A DNA stretch of 64,000 bases, from positions 2,852,001-2,916,000 of the forward strand of contig CATNEN010000038.1 in assembly GCA_950097015.1 (NCBI GenBank), in the 5' to 3' direction. Below, in pieces: positions 51,587-64,000 of the stretch. The translations under genes and the position numbers were made by a program. Below the pieces are notes generated by a model, which saw only the letters and a list, made by a program, of their open reading frames with translations, had not been told where the DNA came from and searched no databases. Origin of the DNA: Macrostomum hystrix (lineage: Eukaryota; Animalia; Platyhelminthes). Position 1 is the first letter of the stretch, and the number at the start of each line of letters is the position of its first letter.

Positions 51587-54005
51587 CTAGCTTTTTTTGC
51601 CCGTTGTTTTTGGGGCAGAAATTTAAAGCAAAGCAGTAAGCAATTCACGTCTCTGTATTAACTTTATAGTGAAGGTCACCATTTATTTATTTACTGCATG
51701 AATGAAAAGTGAAGAGTTTGTTTAAGGGCGTACTGGCTCTGACAGCCAGTCAACGTCAGCATATCGAACCATCAGGTTTGGGTAAACTTTTGCCTTGAGC
51801 TCCTGCACTGACTGCACAATGGTTCCGATTGTAGCGATCGATGACTGCCCATTCTCTGTGCTAATCTCCAGCAGACCATTGCCGATTCGCAATAGATTGG
51901 CAGAGAACTCATGAGCTGTTTCGTCTCCTTGAATTGTAGCTCTCATGTTTGTTCGTAGGTGCAACTTCACAACCAATGGCCACAGGTGAGATGATTTTAG
52001 GAAAGCATTAATCTCATCAGCAGGAGTGCCTCGCGGAATCACAGGCAGCGTCTGTCTAAAGTCTCCAGACAGCAGCAGAGTGACACCACCCATCAGTTGA
52101 TTGCTATTGCGCAGGTCTTTCAAAGTTAAGTTGAGTGCTTCAAATGCCAGTTTGTGGGACATGGTACACTCATCCCAGACGATAAGCTTGCAAGCCTGAA
52201 GCACTCTGGCAGTGCCTGTGTTTTTCTTGATGTTGCACAGCGGATTCTCCGCTCAAGACAGATCAAGCGGCAACTTCAGTGCTGAGTGGGCAGTGCAACC
52301 GCCTGGCAGCAAGGTGGCTGTAATTCCAGAGGAAGCTACAGCAATGGCAACGTCACCTCGTTGCCTGACCTTTGCCAGAAGAAGGTTGATTAGAAATTTT
52401 TTTCCTGTGCCACCTGGAGCATCAAGAAAAACCATGCCACCAACGTTGTTGTTGACTCTGCGCAATAGCTCGCGGTACGCCTCTAGCTGCTCAGGCATGA
52501 GTCGGGGCTCATTCTCCTCTATGAACTGTCCCAGCTGCTCCTGGTCATCCAGCTCTTCCAGCAGTCCCAGTCGCTGACATGCTTCATGAAAAGTTTGGCA
52601 GGTATGGCCTTCCACCGTTCTAATGTGTCTAAATGACGTCGGACCAATCACGGTGTGTAGCAGGTAGTAGCATTCACTGTGGTTTGGGTGCACCGTGTAC
52701 TCTGGCTAATGCATCAGTCTGTCGTATTTCAGGATGGCCTGGAACTGCAGCGCCTTGAACCCGCCGCTTCCATCCTTTCGAAGAGGCGTTCCATGTGTAA
52801 TAGGCAGGCACCTGGTGGTACAGCAAAGTCCTGGCAAAGGGGTCTTCAGCGCACAACTTGAAGAAAGCAGTAAGAGTAGTGTCCTGTGGCCTTTGAGCAC
52901 GCTGCTGGATGTTCTCCTCCGTAAAGTATACTCTCTGACCGTTTTCCAGGTGCACACTGAGGTGCATGACAGTTGGGTGGCGTTCATGAATAGAGAATCC
53001 GAAGATTCGCCACATTGCCTCGTTAGAGCTGATACCTTCCGCTCTTGAAGCGATTGACTTCGTCAAATTCGTTTACTATGCCTCCAGGTCCCTCAATGTT
53101 GAACACTGCTTGGTCGCTACCCTTGTTCACGTACTTGCAAATGTACTTGATTGATTTAACAGAGTTGCAGTACTCAACGTTGATGTGTGGATTGAACACC
53201 TTGGACAGTAGCGGGCAGTAGGGAACGACCCATCTGTTGTCCAGATCGATCTCTTCATTCCCATGGCTGCATAGAATAATGCGAGTGGTAAAGCCGCCAT
53301 CCTCACGTGATCTCTGTCGATACAGCGGATAACCGTCTTGTATTTTAGCAAAGCACTGTACGCCAGCCTCTCTCTTTCTTCTATCCCAGGCTGGCTGGAG
53401 AGAAATATTGACCGGAGAGCCCTGCGCACTGGGACGCCACCGCACTCACCGCACTCAGTCTCAGTGCTGCTTGGGGGCCAGTAGACAGTCTAGGGGTTTG
53501 GGCTGTGTACATTCACGGCTTGAAATACAATGTACAGTCTGGGGCTTCGGCGCCCGGGGAAGGGAGGGGGTGGCTGTAATAAAATTTGGCCCGCAGAGTG
53601 GCGGAGGGGAGTTGGGGTGGCTGTCCTCGGAAAACAAAAAGTGACTCACTTTGAGATGATGCAGCTTTGCTCTGGATTGAGTAGAGATGTTCAAAATTGA
53701 CAGCATTGTTGGAAAACATGTAAAGTGTAAGTGGATCAAATTTGGAGAAAATCTGACAAAGTGGGGCGACGATATGCCGAATTGAGTGATTTTTTGACGA
53801 TTTTTGAGCAGTTTTTTGCACTTTTGAGCAGGAAGGAAATGATTTTTCGGGAATTTGAGTAGCCTATTGCACTCAGCGTAGGTGGTTTTAGGTATGTGCA
53901 AAGTTTGGTGCGATTTGGTTGAGCGGTTTCGGCGTCTATAAAGACAAAAGGTTGCACACAGACAGACAGACAGACAGACAGAGTTTTCACTTTTATATAT
54001 ATAGA
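51587..54005 (-). mobile_element. Helitron, internally deleted and frameshifted (RepHel remnants)
   Basis: Minus-strand 5' end A|TCTATATATATAAAAG...(TGTC)n at 54005; 3' hairpin TGCCCC..GGGCA followed by CTAG|T at 51587 (A|T target). Rep remnant PHINVEYCNSVKSIKYICKYVNKGSD; PIF1 motifs FLDAPGGTGK, LIVWDE, GDFRQTLPV, LRTNMR split over ORFs 53023-53445, 52674-53066, 52253-52693, 51722-52204. Confidence 0.93.
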
Positions 54006-54186
54006 TAGGTTATGATTATTATAGCCTAGTATGGGTTTGTACCCTATTAGTCTCCAACTCACAACTTGAAAGTGTAACAGGGCTTGTCTCTCTACTTTTT
54101 TCTCTTTCTTGGTAGCATATCTTTTGGCCTCTTCTATTCTTTTATATCCTTCTCTACTGTTCACGTTCTCCGTATGTCTTTAACTC

Positions 54187-54210
54187 GGTGGCCCTGAAAA
54201 GGGCCGTTTT
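54187..54210 (-). other. Histone-type 3' stem-loop without a histone gene
   Basis: Minus strand AAAAC-GGCCCT-TTTC-AGGGCC-ACC matches the SLBP-bound consensus. Confidence 0.7.
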
Positions 54211-57092
54211 AACACCACAACTCTTACATTGTGCGATTCTCCTAGGTAGCGCTTCTGCACTGGCACGAGCGGTTTATCCAGTGCTAAGGCACTGGTCTCT
54301 TATTTTCCAGTCTCTGCTGGGCGTTTCTCCAGGATCAGAGGGTCACAGCCTCAATCCTCGGTTTCGCACTAAATGTGTTTCCTCAATAACTAACACAACA
54401 CGTTTGCTTTATTCAAATAGATCTTTTTACTCAGATATTGCCTTTCTTGGCTCACTGGCAGGTTGTATTATCACCACGAAAAACTTCATGCTTATATAGC
54501 ATTTATCAACTTTGTTTTAATAATGCATATTTACTAAATTATATTATAAAGTATATAAAATATTTATAATATGTAATATACTATATGTATATAAAATATG
54601 TAATAAAATTTTGTAGCGTGAGAAAATAAAAAGAAAACCATCACCAGCTATAATGCAGAAAAATATAGACCTATTACAAAAGTCAAGGGTTTGCTTATTT
54701 ATAACACTTTGTTACACTTAGAACAATTTGTCTCTTTTAGCAAGATAGCAAAACTATATTTTTAATTCACCTAGCTATAATTTTTTTAGCTAGGATAATT
54801 AAAGGTGGGTGTTGTATCTCCAAGTCTATAGTAACCATTGATAGACTAAACAGTTATATATAAGCTTTATATATGCCATTACCACAATTATTTTGGCCTG
54901 ATATTACTACTTATATATTATTACTAGGCCTAATATAAAACGTTAGGGCTAGGCTTTTAATAAGTACTTTATAGGAATTTTTTTAAAACATGAATCTGGC
55001 GCATTCTCTAAATTTCAGGTTGGTATAGCACAAGATAGGGCAGCATAAGGTAACATGGCTAGGCATGGGGAAATTTTGTGTTGTGTAGCATACTAGCCTG
55101 AAGGAAACAATATTTTCAATGGTTCAAATACTTTTTAAAAAAATTGTGGGTTTTTATGTATTTCTATGTTGACCACACACTATAGGGCCTACAATTTTAG
55201 TGGTAAGATTAATGCTAAATCTTCAACATAGGCCTATAGTAAAAATAGTAATTCCGAATAGTCTTTCACATATGCTAGCTAGGCCCAACATTCTATTATT
55301 ATTATACTTCACAAGGACAAATATATATCTCAGCTTTGAGGCTTAAAATGAAGGCTGCAACATGAACATCATTCGAAACTATGTAGTAGTACCAGTTGTA
55401 GGCTTGAGACTTAATAGTCCCAAATGAGCTCTTAGTAGCTGTTGGTTATAGAAAATGTTCTCCTAGGACCTAAATTTCACGCATCCGGCCTGGCTGACTT
55501 GAGTGCTGACTGCAGTCTGAAGCAATAATATTGTTAGAACAAGAGTATAAGTTTATGTTTTTGTTAAACGAGAACTCTATACTTACTGATGCACCATAAA
55601 TATGTACACAGGCTAATATAATAGCTAAATTTTATCCAAACCCAACGTAAATCTTATCATGCCTCTAAATAAAAAAATACAGATTCACAAGATCTTGTGG
55701 TAAATTCATAAAATCGAGTTCGACGTTACATCAAATAGACATACGAAATATCGCGCAAATTTCTCACTATAACAAAATTATTCTCCCTTGCTTGTATTTG
55801 TACTTTAGCGCTGCTCTGATAATCAGTGTTTCATAAAACTGTATTACTTTATTTTTTACTGCGATTTAATATCTAACTGCCATGAAACTATCCTTTTAAT
55901 TTTCTGTCGAAGCCAATTCATCAAAGTAAATCTGCATATCATGAACATCAATATTTTTATAATGATTATTGTTTTTAATCCAATCTATTTATACTAATCC
56001 ACTTACACAGAGCTCAAGCGTTCATGCTTTAAGATTTTACAGTCTAAATTATTTTGCTTGCGTTACTTCGCAAGAGCTCATACACCAAGTGTGTACTTGC
56101 GCCTTTGTTCTCTCCTGTAGCCCGTCTCGCAGATTTCTTTAACCCTGGCCTACCTAAATTTAGTGTCACTGGGACAATATTTTAATAAATTAAATAAGTT
56201 AAATATTGAGAACAAATTTCTTCTCTATTCACTTTTGTAGTGCTGCCGCCTTCCCAATCCAGTCGGTTTAAATGCTTTAAAAAGCAAAACGGACGTGTGC
56301 ATTTTATATAAATAAAAGTAGATCCCCAATAGGCAAAAGTATAATACTTACTACATTTTAAAACAATAGACAATAACAAGTCATTAGACTGAATTCAATT
56401 CTACAATTTTTTTGGCTTGTGATTTAATGAATATTATGGCCAGAACGATTGGTACTCGTATATTGGTAGATGGTTTCTTGATTGAACTTATGATAATTAG
56501 TGCGTAGAAAAGAAAAAAACTGAATAAAACAATGCTGTTCCGCTTCTTCTTTGGACAATATAAATTAAGGATAAGTAAAACAAAATGCGTCGCACCGTTT
56601 ATAGATTTAGATTATTATTACTCGCAGCTTGTTACTTTCGCCATTTTCGCAGCTAGAAAATTACGCAGGTCTTGCAGCACGCAGAGTGGTTGAAACTCGG
56701 AGTCGGAGATACAAAAGTTTCATGACGATGGACTACCCAGGAAATAAGTTGCGACCTAAGTAAAGAAGTTTTTAAATGCTGTGTTTTAGCAGCAAACATT
56801 GAATAATAGGCATTGAAAAACAGACAACAAAACTGAAGAATTTCAGCAAATTATTTCTATCACTTGGTCGACCGCGATAGAAGTTTATTATTGTAAGTAG
56901 AGAAAATTTTACACGTATTAACCCTTTATATAACTCTTAAACCCCATACCGACTTCACGCAGCATTTTTGACTAAGACTAAGAACTACCTGTAAAATTAT
57001 TTGTGATATAAGTACAGCACAGAGTACAGTCAAAAAGCAAGTAATAAACAAAAAAACAACAGTAAAAACAAAGCATTTTGCTTGCTGCGCTT

Positions 57093-60000
57093 CTACCACC
57101 TCTTCCAGGCGCCGCCGCCGCCGCCGCCCTGTCGATTGCGCACTCGACTATACCCGCCACCGCCGCCTCCGTATCGATCGCGATTCCGACGATCAGAATA
57201 GCGCTGCTGCTGCTGGCTGCCAGCAAATCTGCGCCGACTATAATCGTCGAGATCCTCGTCGCTGTCCGCTGCTTGCTCTCGCCGCTTTCTCTGCCGGTCG
57301 ACGCCGCCGCCGGTTGGAGCAGCTCCAGCTGGGTTAGCCGACTGTCGCCAAGACAGGCAGGCGACAGACAGCTCGGCGCGATAGGCCGGCGGGGATCTGG
57401 ACAGGTCGCGCGCCAGCAGGGCGATGTTCTCGGCTACTGTTAGAGCGATCTCGCGCAGCCGGCCAGTGTCGGCGAACATTGGTGAAGGCGATGACGGCGG
57501 TTGCGTATTTGAAGTCGGAGACTCCGTAGCCGCAGTAGCAGAGGCAGTTAAAGCTTCCTCAGCGTCAGCTTCCGCTAATTCTTTTCCCGGCTGAGTTGCC
57601 ATAGCAACGGGCGGAGTGGCTCGAGCCGCCGACCTTAGCGAGCGAAGGTAGACCTGATTGGCTCTAAAAAATGAGAGAGATTATTAAAGTGTGTCGGTGG
57701 ATAATCCCACAGGATTGTACAGTGTGTCGGTGGATAATCCCACAGGATTGTACAGTGAGTCGGTGGATAATCCCACAGGAATGTACAGTGTGTCGGTGGA
57801 TAATCCCACAGGATTGTACAGTGTGTCGGTGGATAATCCCACAGGATTGTACAGTGTGTCGGTGGATAATCCCACAGGATTGTACAGTGTGTCGGTGGAT
57901 AATCCCACAGGATTGTACAGTGAGTCGGTGGATAATCCCACAGGAATGTACAGTGTGTCGGTGGATAATCCCACAGGATTGTACAGTGTGTCGGTGGATA
58001 ATCCCACAGGATTGTACAGTGTGTCGGTGGATAATCCCACAGGATTGTACAGTGAGTGTTTGGGTAATCTCAGATTTCAGCTGAAACTCACTGGCTGAGG
58101 TAGCCGATTCGCTTGGCGAAGTCGGCTAGTCGGTCGGGGCAGGCCGGCAGATAATCCGGATTAGTTCTGGCTAGCCGGTGGAAGGCGAATAGCAGGCATT
58201 CGATTTGAGAAAAATTCAGCTCGGTCTGTTCGTCAGTTACCGGGGCGATTTCGCCCTCCTCCGGCGCCTTGTCCTCCTCGTTACCGGCGTCGTCATTCGT
58301 GGCGCCCGCAGCTGTAGGGGTTGGCGGCGGCGTAGGCGGTAGAGGCAGGCGATCAAGCAGGAGGGCGAGAACTGACGCCAGCTGCTTGTCGGTGGCAACA
58401 AAGGAAGCGCCTGATAAGTGGATAAGAGAGGAATGGCTTAGCAACAAATAGAAGGACGCGCCGACATAATATGTTTATAATATTTTGATTAAGTGCCGAC
58501 ACTCTACCCATGCGTCGCTCCGATTGGCTCCTGAACCTCTATGAATGCGATAATCTGATTGACAGCTGCTGACTATCTACCAAAGTGATGCTCTGATTGG
58601 CTGCTGACTATCTACCAAAGAGATGCTCTGATTGGCTGCTGACTATCTACCAAAGAGATGCTCTGATTGGCTGCTGACTATCTACCAAAGAGATGCTCTG
58701 ATTGGCTGCTGACTATCTACCAAAGAGATGCTCTGATTGGCTGCTAACCCAGTCATAAAGTGATCCTCACCAGAAGTGGCGCTGAGCTCGGCCAGACGGC
58801 GCATCATTTCTAGACGAGGCGAGTCGGCGAGGCCCGGCGCGGAGGCGGCATCGTCGACCTGGTCGATGCAGGGCACCAGCTTGTCCAAGTAGTAGGCCAG
58901 CAAAGCTTTGGCGTTGCCGGTCCGCTGTGGGTATTGCGACAAAGAAGGGTCAAGAATTTAGTGCCGCTTGATGAAGTTGCAGATAGCTGGAGGCAGGGTA
59001 GACAGGACAGTAGACAGCGGGAGGCAGGGTAGACAGGATAGTAGATAGCTGGAGTCAGGGTAGACAGGACAGTAGACAGCTGGAGACAGGGTAGACTGGA
59101 TGGTAGATAGATGGGTGCAGGATAGACAGAATGGTTAGCTAAATGCAGGGTAGACAGAATGGTAGATAGCTAAATGCAGGGTAGACAGAATGGTAGATAG
59201 CTAAATGCAGGGTAGACAGAATGGTAGATAGCTAGATCTATAATGACACGATGGGTAAGGTTAGGACCCGAACCCGGTACTCACACTGGCATAGACAGAC
59301 GCCAGTCTCGCGCACTCGCCAAGCCTTGCCAAATCAGCTGTGTTGGCGGGATCAAATGACGCGGCCAGATCCGCCTGCTGACAGACGGCGTCAACCAGAC
59401 GCTGGCGGCCCTTCTGACCGCGCATGCAGCCCAGGCCGGCCAGAAGCTGCACGGCTGACGTGAATTCATCCTCGCTAACGTCATAGAGAAATTCTTCTAG
59501 CAGAAGGCTGGCCAGCAGCTCCTCCTCTGACGGTGTCAGTTTCAGATGGGGCAGCTTGGTCGTCAGGAAGCGCAGAGCTCGTTCCCTGGTCAGGTCGCTA
59601 GCCTCCTCGTGAGTGAGCTGGCTGAAGAGGCCGGTGAAGGCTTCGGCCGGGTGACCCGACAGGGTTTGCGTCAGGGCATTGTTTACCAGGGGCTGCTCCT
59701 GAAATGTTGGGTAGGATAACATAGGCAACAGGTATATGCTGCTCAACCTATGGATTTGGGAGGATGGCTGACTGCTCAACCTATGGATCTGGGAGGATGG
59801 CTGACTGCTCAACCTATGGATCTGGGAGAATGGCTGACTGCTCAACCTATGGATCTGGGAGGATGGCTGACTGCTCAACCTATGGATCTTGGAGGATGGC
59901 TGACTGCTCAACCTATGGATCTGGGAGGATGGCTGACTGCTCAACCTATGGATCTGGGAGGATGGCAGACTGCTCAACCTATGGATCTGGGAGGATGGCT

Positions 60001-61796
60001 GACTGCTCAACCTATGGATCTGGGAGGATGGCTGACTGCTCAACCTATGGATCTTGGAGGATGGCTGACTGCTCAACCTATGGATCTGGGAGAATGGCTG
60101 ACTGCTCATCTAATATTGACAACAAACAAGAGATCACAAACCTGTGGATCATCAGACTGCAGCATTTGCACTAGCAGATCTGTGACCTTGGCCACATATA
60201 CTGGCACATCCTTGCACAACTTTGGCATGTCACTAATAGCTTGTTTACGAACAGCCAGATCATCATTATCTAGCAAGTCTACCATAGCATCGAAGGCAGT
60301 TGGTTGCTCATCTGGGAAGTCTTTGAACAGTCGGCCAACACACTGGGAGGCCAAGCGCTTTGCTCTGGGATCCTGGCTCTGAGCGAGTAGGCTGAGGATT
60401 TCCTTGAACAGGTTGACATTCTGTGAAAATGTTAAATGTTTTGTTTTGGCACACATGTAAATCATTTTTGTCTTAATTAGCTATATAAAGGTAACAATGA
60501 GTAGGAATATCAAAAACATTAACTGAGTAACAAAAAGCAACTCTAATGGTCAAATGTGCAAATATTGACTACCCAATATGGCTGAACATGTAATTGATAT
60601 CTTTAAAATAGGCTTTTCTGTTCTAATTACTTTCATGTTGGTCAATATGATGCTAAGGCACATTGTGGGCAAAGCAGTTTATTGTGAGATTGGCCAAAAT
60701 AATTGATGATTTATTGCATTGAAAAAAATGAATAGTGATATACATGAATCTGACCATTGTAGACCTCTTAGGCCTATATTATAAAAGGGTGAGTGGCAGA
60801 GTGGTCTAACAAATTTGCCTTTTGTACCAATGTCCCTGAGCTCAAATCCATAGCAAGGTCACATTTATTTGGGGCATAGCCATTGGGAGAATGCTATTGG
60901 GAGAAGGGGGATTATAATACAACTTACTTCCTTTAAAGCTAAAGGGTTAACCTGATTAGTGCTACAATGCCTGATGATAAGAAAGTCAGGGCAGATGTAC
61001 ATACCTCCAATGTCAACATATGCTTGCATATAGATACAGTATCTATGTGTATGTGTTTGTGTATGTGTATGTTCTTAGGAGTCAGCAAAATGGGCAGAAT
61101 TGCCTCCTTGCTGGCTAGAAGTCTAGTGTCACCAAATGTTGGCCAGTGTCTGCAGCCCTGTTGCAATTGTTACTATTAGGCCTATATAAGTTTATAAAAG
61201 ACAAGCTAGCTTCTAGGTAGCCTAATCAGTTAGTGACAAAACCTAGGCTTTCCTATTATCAATAGCTAATTAGCTATTGAATTTTAATTTGATTTAAAAA
61301 AGTTTTACTTTGTAATACTAATAGTAATAAATTTAAATGCTATAAATTTTACATGTTGATACTATGATTATTATAGTAAACATTTAAGAACCAACTTTTT
61401 TACTTATTTACTAATTGTAAAGAACTCAAAATCAAACTGCCACCACCCATGCAGTTTCAGAAAGCAACAAGAAAAAAAAAATAATTGAAAAGCTAGAATC
61501 TACCAATCCTATTTAAAATTCTAAATCAAGACATAATATTAATATATTTATATAGTTTAGTGCATACAAGCTGTGAATAAATGTGAACATATGTGCATAT
61601 GCGATATACTCAGTGAATTATGTTTTAAACCTTTCATAGTGGTGCAATAGCTAAATGCCTAAAGAATAGACCAATCAATCAAATAGTTATGTATGCTATG
61701 AGTTGAACTTACTTCAGATGCATCACCAGTCTTTTTATTGTCAGATATCTTGTTCATTATGTTGTAGATTTGCTTAATCGCTTCATCAGCATCCAT
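57093..61796 (-). CDS. API5: Apoptosis inhibitor 5
   Basis: Exons 61796-61713, 60420-60142, 59698-59285, 58924-58771, 58410-58092, 57663-57093. Motifs KRLASQCVGRLFKDFP, DLLDNDDLAVRKQAISDMP, KVTDLLVQMLQSDD, RERALRFLTTKL, LNFSQIECLLFAFHRLAR, SPPAYR..LSW. Confidence 0.92.
57689..58057. repeat. 33-bp minisatellite
   Basis: Unit GTGTCGGTGGATAATCCCACAGGATTGTACAGT. Confidence 0.95.
58555..58746. repeat. 35-bp minisatellite
   Basis: Unit CTGATTGGCTGCTGACTATCTACCAAAGAGATGCT. Confidence 0.9.
58980..59235. repeat. Degenerate ~31-bp minisatellite
   Basis: Unit AGATAGCTAAATGCAGGGTAGACAGAATGGT. Confidence 0.85.
59740..60108. repeat. 33-bp minisatellite
   Basis: Unit TGCTCAACCTATGGATCTGGGAGGATGGCTGAC. 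Confidence 0.95.
60787..61178 (+). mobile_element. tRNA-derived SINE (family A), CpG-decayed copy in API5 intron 1
   Basis: Colinear with the 4492 and 38254 copies; CG dinucleotides replaced mostly by CA/TG. Confidence 0.75.
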
Positions 61797-62419
61797 TATA
61801 GCTAGCAATCAAAGAAATAGCTTTGCTTAACAATATGTGAATTCAGCAAACGCAAATGCGAGGTGACTAGTTTAATTATATTATATAGTCTACTCAATAA
61901 TTAATGCAGTTTGTAATTGGTTCTTAATACAACCTAAGTTGGATTAAAAATAAAGGACTGCCTAGATGGCAATATATTAATTACTTTTGATAAGTATATT
62001 TAGCTGCAGCCACAGATATAGCTATAGGCCCTAGCTAGGCTAGCTTGTTCGGAAACTTATTACTTTGATGTCAGATTCGCAATCACAGCTTACTATTTCA
62101 GTGTACAACAAGACAAGATTGCAAGTTACGATTGACAAGATAAATTAGCTACTTCAGTTTAGATGCAGAAGAAAATCAGAACACTACCTAATTGTGAATT
62201 CCAAGTTAAACGGTAAAAGGTTTACGTTTACAAATTACAAAAACTTTTTGAGCTCACTTTTCGAAATCATGTTTGATTTCTAGATTTCAATATAACTTTT
62301 TCTTGGAAATCCCTTAGTTAAAACGAATTAGAACAATATTATTTCGCATTAGCTACACTTAAAGTTGAATATACGCTCCAGCTTACTTTTATTTTGCACC
62401 AGTAAGTGTTTTGGTACCT

Positions 62420-62812
62420 GGACACTTCGTCATCTTACAACTTCGTCATCCAGATGACGATCTGTCCAATATCTCAGAGGGTGGATGACGAAGAGACTTA
62501 GACTTGTGGACACTTCGTCATCTATAAAACAAAAGTTTTCAAAGTTAGAACAGAACCACCCCTCCCCACCTCCTCACGAGTCACATCGTGTTGGCACCTA
62601 TCTTTCAACTCTTATAATGAAATCAGTTTTGACACCTCTTTTTGCCAATTTAGAGTGTAAAAAAGTGTGTTCACACCTCTGCCCCACCACCCCACCCTCA
62701 CTTTATTGATGACAAACTTGATTGCTTGTTATTAGTAGATGACGAACTGACCAAACTTTAAAGCATGCCAATTGGCTGGATGACGAAGTGTCCTACTATG
62801 ACGAAGTTTCGG
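62420..62812. mobile_element. MITE-like element with multiple CTTCGTCATC motifs
   Basis: Perfect 15-bp inverted repeat GGACACTTCGTCATC (62420-62434) / GATGACGAAGTGTCC (62779-62793) plus further oriented copies of the motif. Confidence 0.55.
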
Positions 62813-64000
62813 TTTATTTTAATAGCAAGGTAAATTATCGATCGTTACAAAACCTTCGTAGCGGAAAGCACTCTCATGCAGTAAATTGGGTCTTCGAATT
62901 AAGAAATCGTCTTTACGGCGAATGCTGGCTATATCTTAGATGGGTTACAGAGCTACTCAATGGATTCACTTGAAATACAGCTACGGCTACAGTTCAGATT
63001 AGCCACTGACAAAATAACAACCAGCACTCAGTCGTAGAACAAGCCCGGGGGAAGGGTTGGGAGCCTTCCTGGAAAGGCCTAATTAGCACATTTGAATACG
63101 AACTACGACTATGTAGTACACTAAAACAAAACCATTATAAATATATATGGAAAACCGAAGAAATATCCCTAACAAATATAGCTAACGAAAATAATGCACT
63201 TAATTAGAAATAGCATATTAAAATTACATTAAATTAGAGAGACAACGTCACACTCGCCTCCCTCTCAGAAGCTTAATGGCCTACTAACAGTAGTGGCTAC
63301 GAACATCGAAATGGCTAGCGAAAAAAACGATTTCAAAATTGTTGCTACGTTATTAGAGTTATTAGAATAGCTGTCTAGAAATATTTTGCAAATGAGGTTA
63401 ACAATGGCAGTTTCAAGTGACAAAAACAGGCATTAAACTTCAAAGACGAACGGCAAAAACGGAATATCGAGTGGCAAAACTGAACGACGAATGGCAAAAA
63501 TTCGAACAAAAGCTGAAGGCAAAATTCAGCAAGATATTGGCAAATTGAACAACGTCATCAAACCGCAGAGGCAATAAAAGGAATTGAAAATATTTTTGTT
63601 TTAGCAAATGCAATGTTTATTATTTTTTTTTTTTAAACAAAACTGACAAATTGACAAACACGAGAATTGTCTAGGACTGGCGAAAAATTCGGCGAATCGG
63701 CGGCGGAGCGAAAACCTGGACGGCCTCGACTACAGCACCAGCGGCCGCAGCCAAGCTAAGCTCCTAACTACAGGCTACAAACAATGACTACGACAAAGGC
63801 TTACACTATGGCCAAAACCTAATCCGAAGATTCAAGGCTCGACCGCAGAGATACTAAACTAATGACAAAATGAAAAGATTGGCGAAAGCTATTAAAGAAA
63901 AGCTAACAGGCACACAGAACACAGGCAGCATACGACACGACTACACCTTAGCCCTCGCTACCTCTCCTGAACAGATTGACCAGCGTGGAAAGGAATCTGA

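Noticed and set aside
63400-64000. Possible start of a retroelement or gene at the window end
   Set aside because: No sustained ORF or diagnostic motif is visible.

Overview
Eukaryotic (metazoan) genomic DNA with intron-rich genes, where most internal introns carry their own private minisatellite. The architecture resembles a free-living flatworm such as Macrostomum, but that is inference only. Exons were assembled by hand using splice sites and phase. Six genes are recognisable: a very divergent Rel/NF-kB-family factor (+, 2637-8615), HGH1 (-), MYPT1/PPP1R12 (+), CCDC170 (+), EEF1D (-) and API5 (-). There are also two orphan two-exon genes: a 131-aa coiled-coil protein and a candidate 70-aa single-pass membrane microprotein near RFX X-boxes. 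Mobile DNA comprises a boundary-complete, internally deleted Helitron, a solo LTR, six copies of a tRNA-derived SINE (one carrying a nested insertion) and MITE-like elements. Most long ORFs in the supplied track are artefacts of tandem repeats. Main leads: (1) the Rel protein has a rewired DNA-recognition loop, and kB-like sites are clustered in its intron and amplified in nearby minisatellites; (2) sharp CpG-depleted zones lie just inside the 5' ends of housekeeping genes, where repeat copies have lost their CpGs, suggesting a methylation footprint; (3) HGH1 lacks a genomic ATG and may get it from a spliced leader; (4) a perfect histone stem-loop is present with no histone gene.
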